A stretch of DNA of 64,000 nucleotides. Source: a virus. Below, one piece after another: positions 39,406 to 47,452 of this stretch. The notes under the pieces are model-generated. The model worked only from the letters and a program-made list of their open reading frames with translations. It was not told the DNA's origin and did not search any database. Numbering within the stretch: position 1 is the first letter of the stretch; the number at the start of each line of letters is the position of its first letter. A program made the translations under genes and the position numbers. The stretch spans positions 1 to 64,000 of the IMG/VR virus record IMGVR_UViG_3300035670_009638, one strand, 5' to 3'.

Positions 39406-40350
39406 TTATTTGTCATCATTTAACCAATCGTATAATACACTCTTACCAGTAGAAGAATAATCAAAAACATAAAACTGTTCTTTCTTGTAAGTGAAAGCTT
39501 GCTCTACCCATTCTTTAATTAGACCTCTCATATTCTTTATGTCTTTAACTCTAGTAAGCATCTTAACTACCGTATTACTAAACTCGTAATCATTTAAAGC
39601 TTCAGGATCTTCCATAGAGCAATCAGGAATTATAAATCCTTTAGAAATTTGGTATTTATAAGCATCTTCAATTTCTAGTATTTGAGAAGCATTTAAATAG
39701 ATTTGTTTATTAACAATCATAACCTTAATCCTATTCTTTAATTCTTGAGGTAAATTACAATCCCATAGTATTTCATATATATCTACTAGATTAGGATTAG
39801 GATTAAGATTTTTATTTATATTTATTTCTTTTATATCTGTTTTATTTATATCTATTTTATTTAATAGGTGCTCGTTTTCAACAGTTGAAAATGAACTGTT
39901 GATGTTCAATTGTTGATTTTCAGCACTTGAAGAAACCTTGATTTGACGCGATTCTTTCAATTGTTGATTTTCGTCAATTGAAAGTAAATGACCAAAAGTG
40001 CTGCTAATTTCCATAATCTTGAAGTCTACTTGTACTTCCTCAATTAGCTCAACTACTTCTTCATCAGAAAAAGGAACGTCTGAAATATGATAGATATGTT
40101 CATTCTTTTTTCCATTTCTGTACTTTATATCAATCCAAAATTTCTTTTCTTCCAATTCTTTAATTGCATGAGAAATAGCAGCTCTACCAAACTTTGAATA
40201 TAGCTGCATTTTTCTAATCTCCCAAGTTTCTGGTAAAGACATTAAATGAGCTATCAAACCGATAGATCTAATATCTTCCAAATTTTGAAGAGGATTATTA
40301 TGGATTTGCGCATACTTGACTGTCTTCCTACGTTTAATGATATTTGACAT
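39406..40350 (-). CDS. replication initiator (N-terminal winged HTH) with internal iterons
   Basis: GLIAHLMSLPETW...AIKELEE; internal direct repeats; antisense-type leader. Confidence 0.8.
   Translation of the reverse strand: MSNIIKRRKTVKYAQIHNNPLQNLEDIRSIGLIAHLMSLPETWEIRKMQLYSKFGRAAISHAIKELEEKKFWIDIKYRNGKKNEHIYHISDVPFSDEEVVELIEEVQVDFKIMEISSTFGHLLSIDENQQLKESRQIKVSSSAENQQLNINSSFSTVENEHLLNKIDINKTDIKEININKNLNPNPNLVDIYEILWDCNLPQELKNRIKVMIVNKQIYLNASQILEIEDAYKYQISKGFIIPDCSMEDPEALNDYEFSNTVVKMLTRVKDIKNMRGLIKEWVEQAFTYKKEQFYVFDYSSTGKSVLYDWLNDDK
39790..39985. repeat. candidate origin: iterons plus AT-rich tract inside rep
   Basis: TTCAATTGTTGATTTTC at 39905 and 39956, palindrome TTTTCAAC-A-GTTGAAAA at 39875-39891, AT-rich 39790-39865. 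Confidence 0.65.
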
Positions 40351-40407
40351 AATTTGTCGCTCCTTTTCTTCTTGATTTTTAGGAGCAACACCTGATATAA
40401 TAAAGTA

Positions 40408-40484
40408 AACCAAATTAAATGCACTTGTGAACTTTGGTCGGGGATCAGGTGTTGCAGTAGACGAGTTGGCGCTCGTCTATTTTT
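40408..40484 (+). ncRNA. countertranscript (antisense) RNA to the rep leader
   Basis: Promoter TTGATT-18-TATAAT with extended TG (40372-40401); two hairpins with loops TTTGGTCG and TTGGCG; T-tract. Confidence 0.75.
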
Positions 40485-40518
40485 ATTATAATCTTAATTA
40501 TTGATACCGTAAATTGAA

Positions 40519-40547
40519 TTGACGATATAACCTCAACATGGTAAAAT
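40519..40547 (+). promoter_or_regulatory. strong sigma-A promoter of the sRNA
   Basis: TTGACG-17-TAAAAT with extended TG. Confidence 0.75.
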
Positions 40548-40553
40548 ATAAGT

Positions 40554-40619
40554 AGTAGTTGAGTTAAGCAATTAACTTGTTGTCCTGAATCTTTCCTCCG
40601 ATTGGTTCAGGACCTTTTT
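40554..40619 (+). ncRNA. candidate trans-acting sRNA with an anti-RBS loop
   Basis: Bounded by promoter and terminator; GCAA-tetraloop hairpin; 10-bp stem displaying UUUCCUCCGAUU. Confidence 0.7.
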
Positions 40620-40974
40620 ATGTATATTCATCAAAGAATGGCTCTAAGTATTCTGATTTTCCACAGGTGGGACAGACCTCTACAGAATTGGAAACTTTAT
40701 TACATAATTCGCAATATGCTTTTCCTTTTCTCTCATCATCAATTACTTCCTCAACATATTCTTCCATAATTCTTATTCCTTTTTTAGTTATTCCAGGTAT
40801 AGGCTTAGTATTAAATTCATGCTTAAATAACATTTCAGTATCTACTTCAATAATTTTTCCAGCTAATTTTTTTAATGCTCTTTCCCATTTATCTTTTCCG
40901 TTGTATGTACCATTCCAGTCTGTATGTTCTTGTATGTATAGTTCGGCAGCATCTTTTCTGATTCTAATCTTCAC
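40618..40974 (-). CDS. hypothetical protein with C-terminal zinc ribbon
   Basis: GTG after GGAGGTG; CELC...CPTC. Confidence 0.75.
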   Translation of the reverse strand: MKIRIRKDAAELYIQEHTDWNGTYNGKDKWERALKKLAGKIIEVDTEMLFKHEFNTKPIPGITKKGIRIMEEYVEEVIDDERKGKAYCELCNKVSNSVEVCPTCGKSEYLEPFFDEYT

Positions 40975-41082
40975 GTTCTCACCTCCCCACAAATATAATT
41001 ATAAATCATTTCTACAAAAAAGAAAATATAAGTAAAAAAACAAATAAAAAAATAAGCTCAGAAAAGAGCTTATTTCAAGTTT

Positions 41083-41655
41083 TTAGCTAAAATAATGTTT
41101 TTTACAATAAGCAAGATATTTACTCTTCTCTTCTACGAATGTATCACCATTTCTTGCTACTTTTCCATTAACAATTCTAGCGTTGTATTCTGCTATAGAT
41201 TCGCAGTTATCATGCTGACAATTCATAGGAATGTTGGAAATGTTCATTGGCTCTATTTCACTTAATAGGTAACTCGAACCTTCAAAGTAGTCACCAGTGA
41301 ATGTAGTTGATAATCCGTAGAAATGAATATCAATTCCATTTTCAATTGCCCCGTTCAAAATTTTTGATAAAGTCATTTTATTTAAAAATTGAACTTCATC
41401 AATATAAACTGTTTCAAGTTCTGGAACTGAAAAAAATAAATTAACAAATCTTATGACCTTTTCATGTTCATTAGCATTTATATTGATCGAGAAAATAAAT
41501 TGTCCATTTCTACTTTCAATTGTACCAATGGTTCCTGTTTCTTCTTCTAATTTTGCAGAAAGAGTAATACATAAAGTATTATCTTTTTTAATTTTTTCAA
41601 TTAAAGATTTTGATTTCCCTGAACCCATAAGTCCAGTAGTAAAAGTTGCAACCAT
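41083..41655 (-). CDS. tdk: thymidine kinase
   Basis: GLMGSGKS, IESRNG, YIDEVQF, FYGL motifs and Zn-binding cysteines. Confidence 0.9.
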   Translation of the reverse strand: MVATFTTGLMGSGKSKSLIEKIKKDNTLCITLSAKLEEETGTIGTIESRNGQFIFSININANEHEKVIRFVNLFFSVPELETVYIDEVQFLNKMTLSKILNGAIENGIDIHFYGLSTTFTGDYFEGSSYLLSEIEPMNISNIPMNCQHDNCESIAEYNARIVNGKVARNGDTFVEEKSKYLAYCKKHYFS

Positions 41656-41694
41656 ATTATTTTCCTCCTGGTATAGTAGTTGAATTACATTGTA

Positions 41695-41723
41695 ATTATA
41701 TCTGCACCAGGGAAAACGTAAAT
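41695..41723 (-). promoter_or_regulatory. class II promoter
   Basis: Repeated 29-bp motif. Confidence 0.75.
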
Positions 41724-41737
41724 TTCAATTCTCATAA

Positions 41738-41962
41738 TTATACTGGTCTTTTTATACTGGGCTTATCATCCTCATCTTCATCATCCAATATGCCTTTTTC
41801 TTCAAGTTTCATAACTATATAATCGTAGTCTTTTATTGGAAGAATTTCTCCGTAGATTCTAGAATACCTTTTACATAGATCGGACACAAACTGGTCAAAA
41901 GATTGACCAGCTGTGAAGATCCCTTCATTTTTTATTTTCATCAATTTTTCTTTTGAGTCCAT
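41738..41962 (-). CDS. hypothetical protein
   Basis: Coupled to the GGCT gene. Confidence 0.7.
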   Translation of the reverse strand: MDSKEKLMKIKNEGIFTAGQSFDQFVSDLCKRYSRIYGEILPIKDYDYIVMKLEEKGILDDEDEDDKPSIKRPV

Positions 41963-41963
41963 A

Positions 41964-42377
41964 TTAAACCACCTCTACCATATGTTTTCTAAAATCACCG
42001 TCATTTATAGGCTCACCGAGGCCTTCTCTTTTGGTGTTATATAAATACATATAGCACTCAATCAAAGAGCCATCTGAGGCCTTACAGTGACCTAAAATAC
42101 GATGATAAAGGTTCATATCGTTATTTGGTCCATAGTAACCTTCTAGTCTGTCCAAAAGTTTCATGCTAATATTCAAGTATTCAGGTTTGATTGTAATAAT
42201 CTCACCAGACACTTTTCCTGTTCCTTTTAGCATGCAAGGAAATCTTCCACATTCATGCATGTATAAATCTTTGTCATCAGCTACAGCAGATTCAATGCTT
42301 TCAATTGCCTCTTGGATTAAAATTTTATGATTGCTCATTCCACTCATTAAAGTACCATATACAAAAAATTTATTCAT
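41964..42377 (-). CDS. gamma-glutamylcyclotransferase (AIG2/GGACT family)
   Basis: FVYGTLMSG..NH, VSGE, LDRLEGY motifs. Confidence 0.92.
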   Translation of the reverse strand: MNKFFVYGTLMSGMSNHKILIQEAIESIESAVADDKDLYMHECGRFPCMLKGTGKVSGEIITIKPEYLNISMKLLDRLEGYYGPNNDMNLYHRILGHCKASDGSLIECYMYLYNTKREGLGEPINDGDFRKHMVEVV

Positions 42378-42442
42378 TATTTTTCCTCCTCTTATTTTAA
42401 TCTTAAGATTAAGAACTCCCCTTCTGGGGAGCTCTCTTTTTA

Positions 42443-43198
42443 TTAAGCTAGCTTAGCGATGTATCGTTGGGCTCTTTTGAATTGTTTTACTACCGGTTTA
42501 TTATCTGAAAGACCAACTTCTTCTAGCATTTCATCAAGAGCTTCTTCGTTGTTGCTTGACTGTAATGGAGTCATCTCTTGAATATTTGCTGCTGTTTCAA
42601 CTAACTTGTGTGTGAATTCGATCCATGCAAGAATTTCATTAATATTTGTTGTTCCTTGATGATGTCTGAACTCAATTGTTCCATACTTAACGTATGCTCT
42701 GTTGTTTAAATTGTAATATCTTGAACGGATTGAGTTTTTAAATTCTTCGATATTGGAAGCGCTTTCAACATTTTCCATAATTGGAGCAATTGGACTGCAA
42801 TAAGAACTTATTCTTCTTGATGGATTAATGATTGAGTAAATTGCATTTCTTTCATATTTATTATAAAGTCTGTATAAGTTTTTGATTTGGTTTATGTTGA
42901 AATCGTTGATATCATGATGAACATGTAAACCAGTTTTCTTATTACAACGAACTTTCAACTCTTTTCTTAAAACATGAACTACAGTTTTTAATTCTTCTGT
43001 GTCAGTAAGTGGTGGGCTAACAATCTCCCATCCATTGATTGAAGCATCTGGTTGAACTTTCCATGCATTGTGATTTACTGGGCTTCCGTAACGATCACCT
43101 TCAACATTAATTCCAGCATTTTGTAATGCTTCAATTACCTCATAACGAGATTTACTTGTTGCTACTTCTAATTCTGCTCCAAATTTCATTTGTCTCAT
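42443..43198 (-). CDS. putative amidoligase (COOH-NH2 ligase type 2)
   Basis: FGAELE, DASI..WEIVSP, GLHVH, TIEFRHHQGT motifs. Confidence 0.9.
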   Translation of the reverse strand: MRQMKFGAELEVATSKSRYEVIEALQNAGINVEGDRYGSPVNHNAWKVQPDASINGWEIVSPPLTDTEELKTVVHVLRKELKVRCNKKTGLHVHHDINDFNINQIKNLYRLYNKYERNAIYSIINPSRRISSYCSPIAPIMENVESASNIEEFKNSIRSRYYNLNNRAYVKYGTIEFRHHQGTTNINEILAWIEFTHKLVETAANIQEMTPLQSSNNEEALDEMLEEVGLSDNKPVVKQFKRAQRYIAKLA

Positions 43199-43271
43199 TT
43201 TAATTACCTCCGATTTTTTTATTTTAGTTGAGTGATTATTTATATCTCTCTCTATTTATTATTATATCATG

Positions 43272-43285
43272 CAAACATATGTTCG
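43272..43285. promoter_or_regulatory. LexA box in the amidoligase promoter
   Basis: CAAACATATGTTCG inside promoter 43261-43289. Confidence 0.65.
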
Positions 43286-43364
43286 TACACTATTATTTTC
43301 ATTATTTTGCAACTTTTTTGCATTTTTTAAGAAAAAATAAAAAAGACAGCAATTAAGCTGCCTT

Positions 43365-43637
43365 TTATACGAAACCTCCAGAATCATCTGGAAGTTCGTT
43401 ATCATCATTATCAATATTTTTATCAATTTTTATAGAAGAAGTATTATCGTTATTAACTGGTTTATGTTCAACATATATAGTTTTATTATTAGAATATATA
43501 TCGTTCATTATCAGTTTTCTTAAATAGAATGCAATTCCATTATCTTCTTTTTCACGTTCTAAAGCTTCACAAATCTCAGGATACTTCTTTCTATTGAAGT
43601 TGATCTGGTACAAGAAGTTGTCCTGGTTTTTGTTCAT
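43365..43637 (-). CDS. ParR-like centromere-binding adaptor
   Basis: Small RHH-like protein with a disordered acidic tail, overlapping the ParM stop. Confidence 0.7.
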   Translation of the reverse strand: MNKNQDNFLYQINFNRKKYPEICEALEREKEDNGIAFYLRKLIMNDIYSNNKTIYVEHKPVNNDNTSSIKIDKNIDNDDNELPDDSGGFV

Positions 43638-44458
43638 GTAAACATCGCCTCAAACTTCTTGCTATACTTTAGAAGTAATCCAACTGCATTAACGTAATAA
43701 GTTGGATAACCATCAAGTTCAGCAGCAGAAACTTTTTCATATCCTAACTGTTCAAGAGATTTTTGTATATCAAAAGCTTTGCCTCCAGTTGTTATGATCG
43801 GATAATCGTACTCAATTTGTGGACAAGACTTTAGAACGTTGTTCGCAATTTGGAAAGGGCTATTATTGATAGTTCCTCCATTCAATGTTGCGCTATCTTC
43901 TTTACTTATTGCTCCATTTATTAAATATAGAACATTTGTAGTCATAGAGCCTGCATCGATGATTACAAAGTTTTTCTCTTTAGAGAAATGAGCTGCGCCA
44001 AATCCTTCAGCTGCACATATAATTCTATTAACTTCAAAATCAAAAGGATTTTCATCAATCCAAGATGTTCTTTTTCCTTGGAAGTTTTTTACGAAATAAT
44101 CTTTATCGCTGACCATGCTTTTATAAGGACTTGTAAGTATTAGATTAAATTCTCTTTCTCCAGTTTCTTTATATATATTATGTAGAGCTGCAACAAGTCT
44201 TACTTGAGCTTCATGATGGCCTTTCTTTGTATTTCCAAAATACATTCTTTCTTCTTTTCCACTGTAGAAATTTTTTACAGCTTCACCAACATAGTAGTCT
44301 AAGTTATTGTAGACATACCTTGTCATTCCCTCTGTTTCTTCCAATGGTTTATAAGGATGAATTACGGAAGAGAAAGATCCCATCTTTGTTTCATTTTTCC
44401 ATTCGTACACGTATTTGGTACTAAAATTCCCAACATCAATTACAGTAGTTAGTGTCAA
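43634..44458 (-). CDS. parM: ParM/StbA-family actin-like partition ATPase
   Basis: IDVGNFSTK, AEGFGA, IIDAGSMTTN, TTGGKA motifs; TTG start after AGGAGG. Confidence 0.88.
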   Translation of the reverse strand: MTLTTVIDVGNFSTKYVYEWKNETKMGSFSSVIHPYKPLEETEGMTRYVYNNLDYYVGEAVKNFYSGKEERMYFGNTKKGHHEAQVRLVAALHNIYKETGEREFNLILTSPYKSMVSDKDYFVKNFQGKRTSWIDENPFDFEVNRIICAAEGFGAAHFSKEKNFVIIDAGSMTTNVLYLINGAISKEDSATLNGGTINNSPFQIANNVLKSCPQIEYDYPIITTGGKAFDIQKSLEQLGYEKVSAAELDGYPTYYVNAVGLLLKYSKKFEAMFT

Positions 44459-44544
44459 ACTAAGCAACCTCCTAAATTTATTTATAGTACTCTCATAATC
44501 TATTATAGGACAAAAACCTAACAAAGTAAAGGGTTTATGTATTT

Positions 44545-44622
44545 TTTTAAATAACTAATTATTTAAGTTGTTATGTAATAAATTAAATAACTGAATATTA
44601 AGAAATTATATCTTAAATAGGT
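44545..44622. repeat. parC-like iterons (TTAAATAACT)
   Basis: Copies at 44547, 44557 (inverted), 44583, 44598, 44613, upstream of parM promoter 44502-44530. Confidence 0.5.
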
Positions 44623-44709
44623 AGAAAAAAACCCGTATAAATGTTATAATTAGATAAGAAAATAAAAAGACTTACCCTTTTTTAGGATAAGTCTTTCTTC
44701 TGTTGGAGA

Positions 44710-45306
44710 TTAGGCGATCTCTAGATATTGTTCGGCAACTACTTTTTGTAATTTCTTCTTAAGTTTATTCACTCTTTGGTTGGCAGCCTGACGAGTGATA
44801 CCATATTTATCAGCGTAATTTTGAACTGAGAAGGATTTTTTGTCGAGGATAACTTTTAGGAGATCTTCTTCTCCAGGTTCAATGCTTTCTTGAATGATGG
44901 CAGTCAATTCTTTGAAAGCAAGGTTGTCCATTGAGTTGTCATCTGTTGCGAACATATCTTCAAGTTTGAGATCGTCGTCTCCAACAGGAGCGTTCATTGA
45001 AACTGTAACACCTTGATTTTTCAAGGAGTATTTATGGTAAGTGGCGTTTCTTACACCTTTTTGAAGTTTGTAATATAGATAAGTTGTGAAGCAATTTCCC
45101 TGAGTTGGTTCATATTGCTCATATGCTCTCCATAATTCTAAATCAAGTTCTTGTCTAAAATCTTCTTCTTCTACTGCGTTGAAGATAAACTTGTTGTTTG
45201 CTCTCTTCATAGCTTTAATGACCATTGGAGTAAATTGTTCTCTTACTTCTTCAAAAGTCATTTCCTTGCTAGTGTTATCAGAAAATAAGATTGTCTTTGT
45301 CATCAT
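44710..45306 (-). CDS. phage RNA polymerase sigma factor (sigma-70 regions 2 and 4)
   Basis: EEDFRQELDLELWRAYEQY...FTTY, SMNAPVG, HTH YADKYGITRQAANQR. Confidence 0.9.
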   Translation of the reverse strand: MMTKTILFSDNTSKEMTFEEVREQFTPMVIKAMKRANNKFIFNAVEEEDFRQELDLELWRAYEQYEPTQGNCFTTYLYYKLQKGVRNATYHKYSLKNQGVTVSMNAPVGDDDLKLEDMFATDDNSMDNLAFKELTAIIQESIEPGEEDLLKVILDKKSFSVQNYADKYGITRQAANQRVNKLKKKLQKVVAEQYLEIA

Positions 45307-45352
45307 AATAAAGTTCTCCTCCGATTCATTAATTTTTATATCTCACATTTTA

Positions 45353-45381
45353 TTTATATCTGTCTTTTATAAAACGTAAAT
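45353..45381 (-). promoter_or_regulatory. class II promoter upstream of the sigma gene (autoregulation)
   Basis: Repeated 29-bp motif. Confidence 0.75.
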
Positions 45382-45405
45382 TAAAAATTAAATAAATTTA
45401 AAAGA

Positions 45406-45470
45406 ATTTTAAAATAAGAACTGATGTTCTACAAAAAAGAGTATGAAGTTTTAGATAGAACGTATGTTCT
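45406..45470 (-). promoter_or_regulatory. sigma-A promoter TTGTAG-17-TAAAAT with two LexA boxes
   Basis: AGAACTGATGTTCT at 45417-45430 and AGAACGTATGTTCT at 45457-45470. Confidence 0.7.
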
Positions 45471-45519
45471 ATGAAAAAGTATAAGGTAGTATAGAACAAA
45501 TTGTTATGTAAAAGCAATT

Positions 45520-45720
45520 CCTCCCCTCTAAAAGTGGATTAGACCAAATATTCAGTTTTCGTTTAACTAAAAAAATAATGGTGAACCAAATAACCAACGG
45601 ATGAAGATTGTTGGTTAAAATACTTGCATATAAAGCCAACTGGTGGAGATTGTTGGCTTTACTCCGATGCAAATCAACTTCTGTGAAGATAGAAGTTAAG
45701 CGATGTTGCAGGGGAAACAT
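45520..45720 (+). ncRNA. candidate multi-hairpin RNA with three UGRAGA loops
   Basis: Stems 45591-45617, 45631-45661, 45676-45697 and closing helices. Confidence 0.5.
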
Positions 45721-45958
45721 GATGTAATTATAAATTTGAAAGATATAATAAATTGAGAATCTATATCTCTCTCACATTTATAATTATATCACAAATTCTT
45801 CCATTCGAGAATATTTTTTTACAACTTTCTTAATAATTTTTTGTTACTACAATTTTAAGAAGCTACATTCACTATTGTGAAACACTAAACAAAATAATAC
45901 AACAACATGGACAAATTGTCTACTTGTAATCATAAAATACTCATTTTATAATAAATAA

Positions 45959-46005
45959 CGTCAATATATAGTGCGTATTGGCGAATATAACACTACATAT
46001 TGACG
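45959..46005. promoter_or_regulatory. tandem NrdR-box-like sites forming an inverted repeat
   Basis: CGTCAATATATAGTGC and ACACTACATATTGACG, 31 bp apart. Confidence 0.55.
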
Positions 46006-46016
46006 GTTAATTTTCG

Positions 46017-46568
46017 TTATTTCTTCTTGCTGCAAACCCCTTTTTCTACTTCTGGAATAATTCTATTATCTAGTAATCTTTTCATTATTCCGCACTTGTT
46101 TACATCTTTTTTGCAAAGTTTGCAGTTATTTTTCATAAACGTTTCAAGCTCTTCTTGGCTATCAAAAACCCCGATAGCTTCACTTTCGAATATTTCAATT
46201 TCAATTCTTGGGTTAGCAGCATCAATATAAATTCTATCTGCAACCGGTAAAGCTATATCATCATCAAGATAGACTCCAGCCTCAGTTAATGCATCCAATG
46301 GAACTTTAAGAAGATTGTTTGCATCCTTTCTTTTTCTGTCCAAGAAGAATGTCATTCGAACATAAACTTGTTTACCTTTTTCAGGTCTACTCCATTTTTG
46401 TTCTCTTATCTGATCCTTTACATAATCAACAAAGAAAGTCTTGTAAGCAACTGTTTCTTCAGTTGGGTAAGCTTGAACATATCTTCTGTTTCCTCTTCTA
46501 GCAATTCTATAGTTCAAATAACTATTCACTGATGGAGGTAAAGGTGAAGTTAGGAATAGTTTTTTCAA
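46017..46568 (-). CDS. rusA: RusA-family Holliday junction resolvase
   Basis: LPPSVN, RKDANNLLKVPLDAL..AGVYLDD. Confidence 0.9.
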   Translation of the reverse strand: MKKLFLTSPLPPSVNSYLNYRIARRGNRRYVQAYPTEETVAYKTFFVDYVKDQIREQKWSRPEKGKQVYVRMTFFLDRKRKDANNLLKVPLDALTEAGVYLDDDIALPVADRIYIDAANPRIEIEIFESEAIGVFDSQEELETFMKNNCKLCKKDVNKCGIMKRLLDNRIIPEVEKGVCSKKK

Positions 46569-47116
46569 GATTGTTTACCTCCTTGGATTATTTTTAGTAT
46601 TTCATTAAGTACTCCAGATTTGGTAGTTTTATTTATTACATAGTCAACTTCTTTTTCGAAGTCTTTAAAGTCTTCTTCGTCTGCCATTAATCTTCTAAGA
46701 AGTTCGTTCACCCGGTCTTTCCGATTCAGTCCTCGAAGCAATCTGATCTCAAGATCTACCATTAGATAAATTCCAGTTACATTTTCTTTGCCAAGATTTT
46801 TAACTAAATCTCTGTAACCTTTTGGTTCAGTTACAACCACAAGATCTTTAGTTAAATCAATATCCTGGCGATTGATAGCATAATGCCATTCTGTTCCGAA
46901 AGCATTTTTAAATGTGTTCTTAGCAATCAATAGGTTGAATTCGTCAAGATGGTTATATTGTTGATCAGAAATAAAGTAATAATCTTTTCCACTAACTTCA
47001 TTTTTTCTTTTTGGTCGAGTTGTGTAAGTTATGATGGTTTCATATCCAATGTTAATGAGTTGCTTTAAAGTCGTGGTTTTACCAGAACAAGTTGGTCCCA
47101 ATAAAACATAAATCAT
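46565..47116 (-). CDS. gmk: guanylate kinase-like nucleotide kinase
   Basis: GPTCSGKTT, YTTRPKRKNEVSGKDYYF. Confidence 0.88.
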   Translation of the reverse strand: MIYVLLGPTCSGKTTTLKQLINIGYETIITYTTRPKRKNEVSGKDYYFISDQQYNHLDEFNLLIAKNTFKNAFGTEWHYAINRQDIDLTKDLVVVTEPKGYRDLVKNLGKENVTGIYLMVDLEIRLLRGLNRKDRVNELLRRLMADEEDFKDFEKEVDYVINKTTKSGVLNEILKIIQGGKQS

Positions 47117-47400
47117 AAGCAACCACCCTTTATTCTATTGGCCAAAGTTCCTTTAGCTTCGTATAGCAAAGCTTCTAAAGTCTTTGAATCAAAAACACCA
47201 TCATGTCTTACTAGCTCATTTCCTCGTTTATCTGAAAAAATAATTGTATGCCATTTTTCAGGATGATATTTTTCTACGACTTCGTTATCAAGTTTTATTC
47301 TTTCAAGCTTGTACCCTTCTAATTTAGCTTCATCAATCTGACGATCTAAGAACGGAACAATCAAGCTGTCTTCTTCGTAAAGATAAATAATTTTTATCAT
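47113..47400 (-). CDS. hypothetical protein, possibly thioredoxin-like fold without CxxC
   Basis: TIIFSDKRGNELVRHDG resembles a thioredoxin C-terminus. Confidence 0.55.
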   Translation of the reverse strand: MIKIIYLYEEDSLIVPFLDRQIDEAKLEGYKLERIKLDNEVVEKYHPEKWHTIIFSDKRGNELVRHDGVFDSKTLEALLYEAKGTLANRIKGGCL

Positions 47401-47452
47401 AATCGTTCCTCCGATATTTAGTAGTTAAGTAACCAGAGAGAAATCTCTCTGA

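Noticed and set aside
45469-45720. 83-aa ORF over the three-hairpin region
   Set aside because: No RBS and no protein-like features; the RNA structure explains the sequence better.
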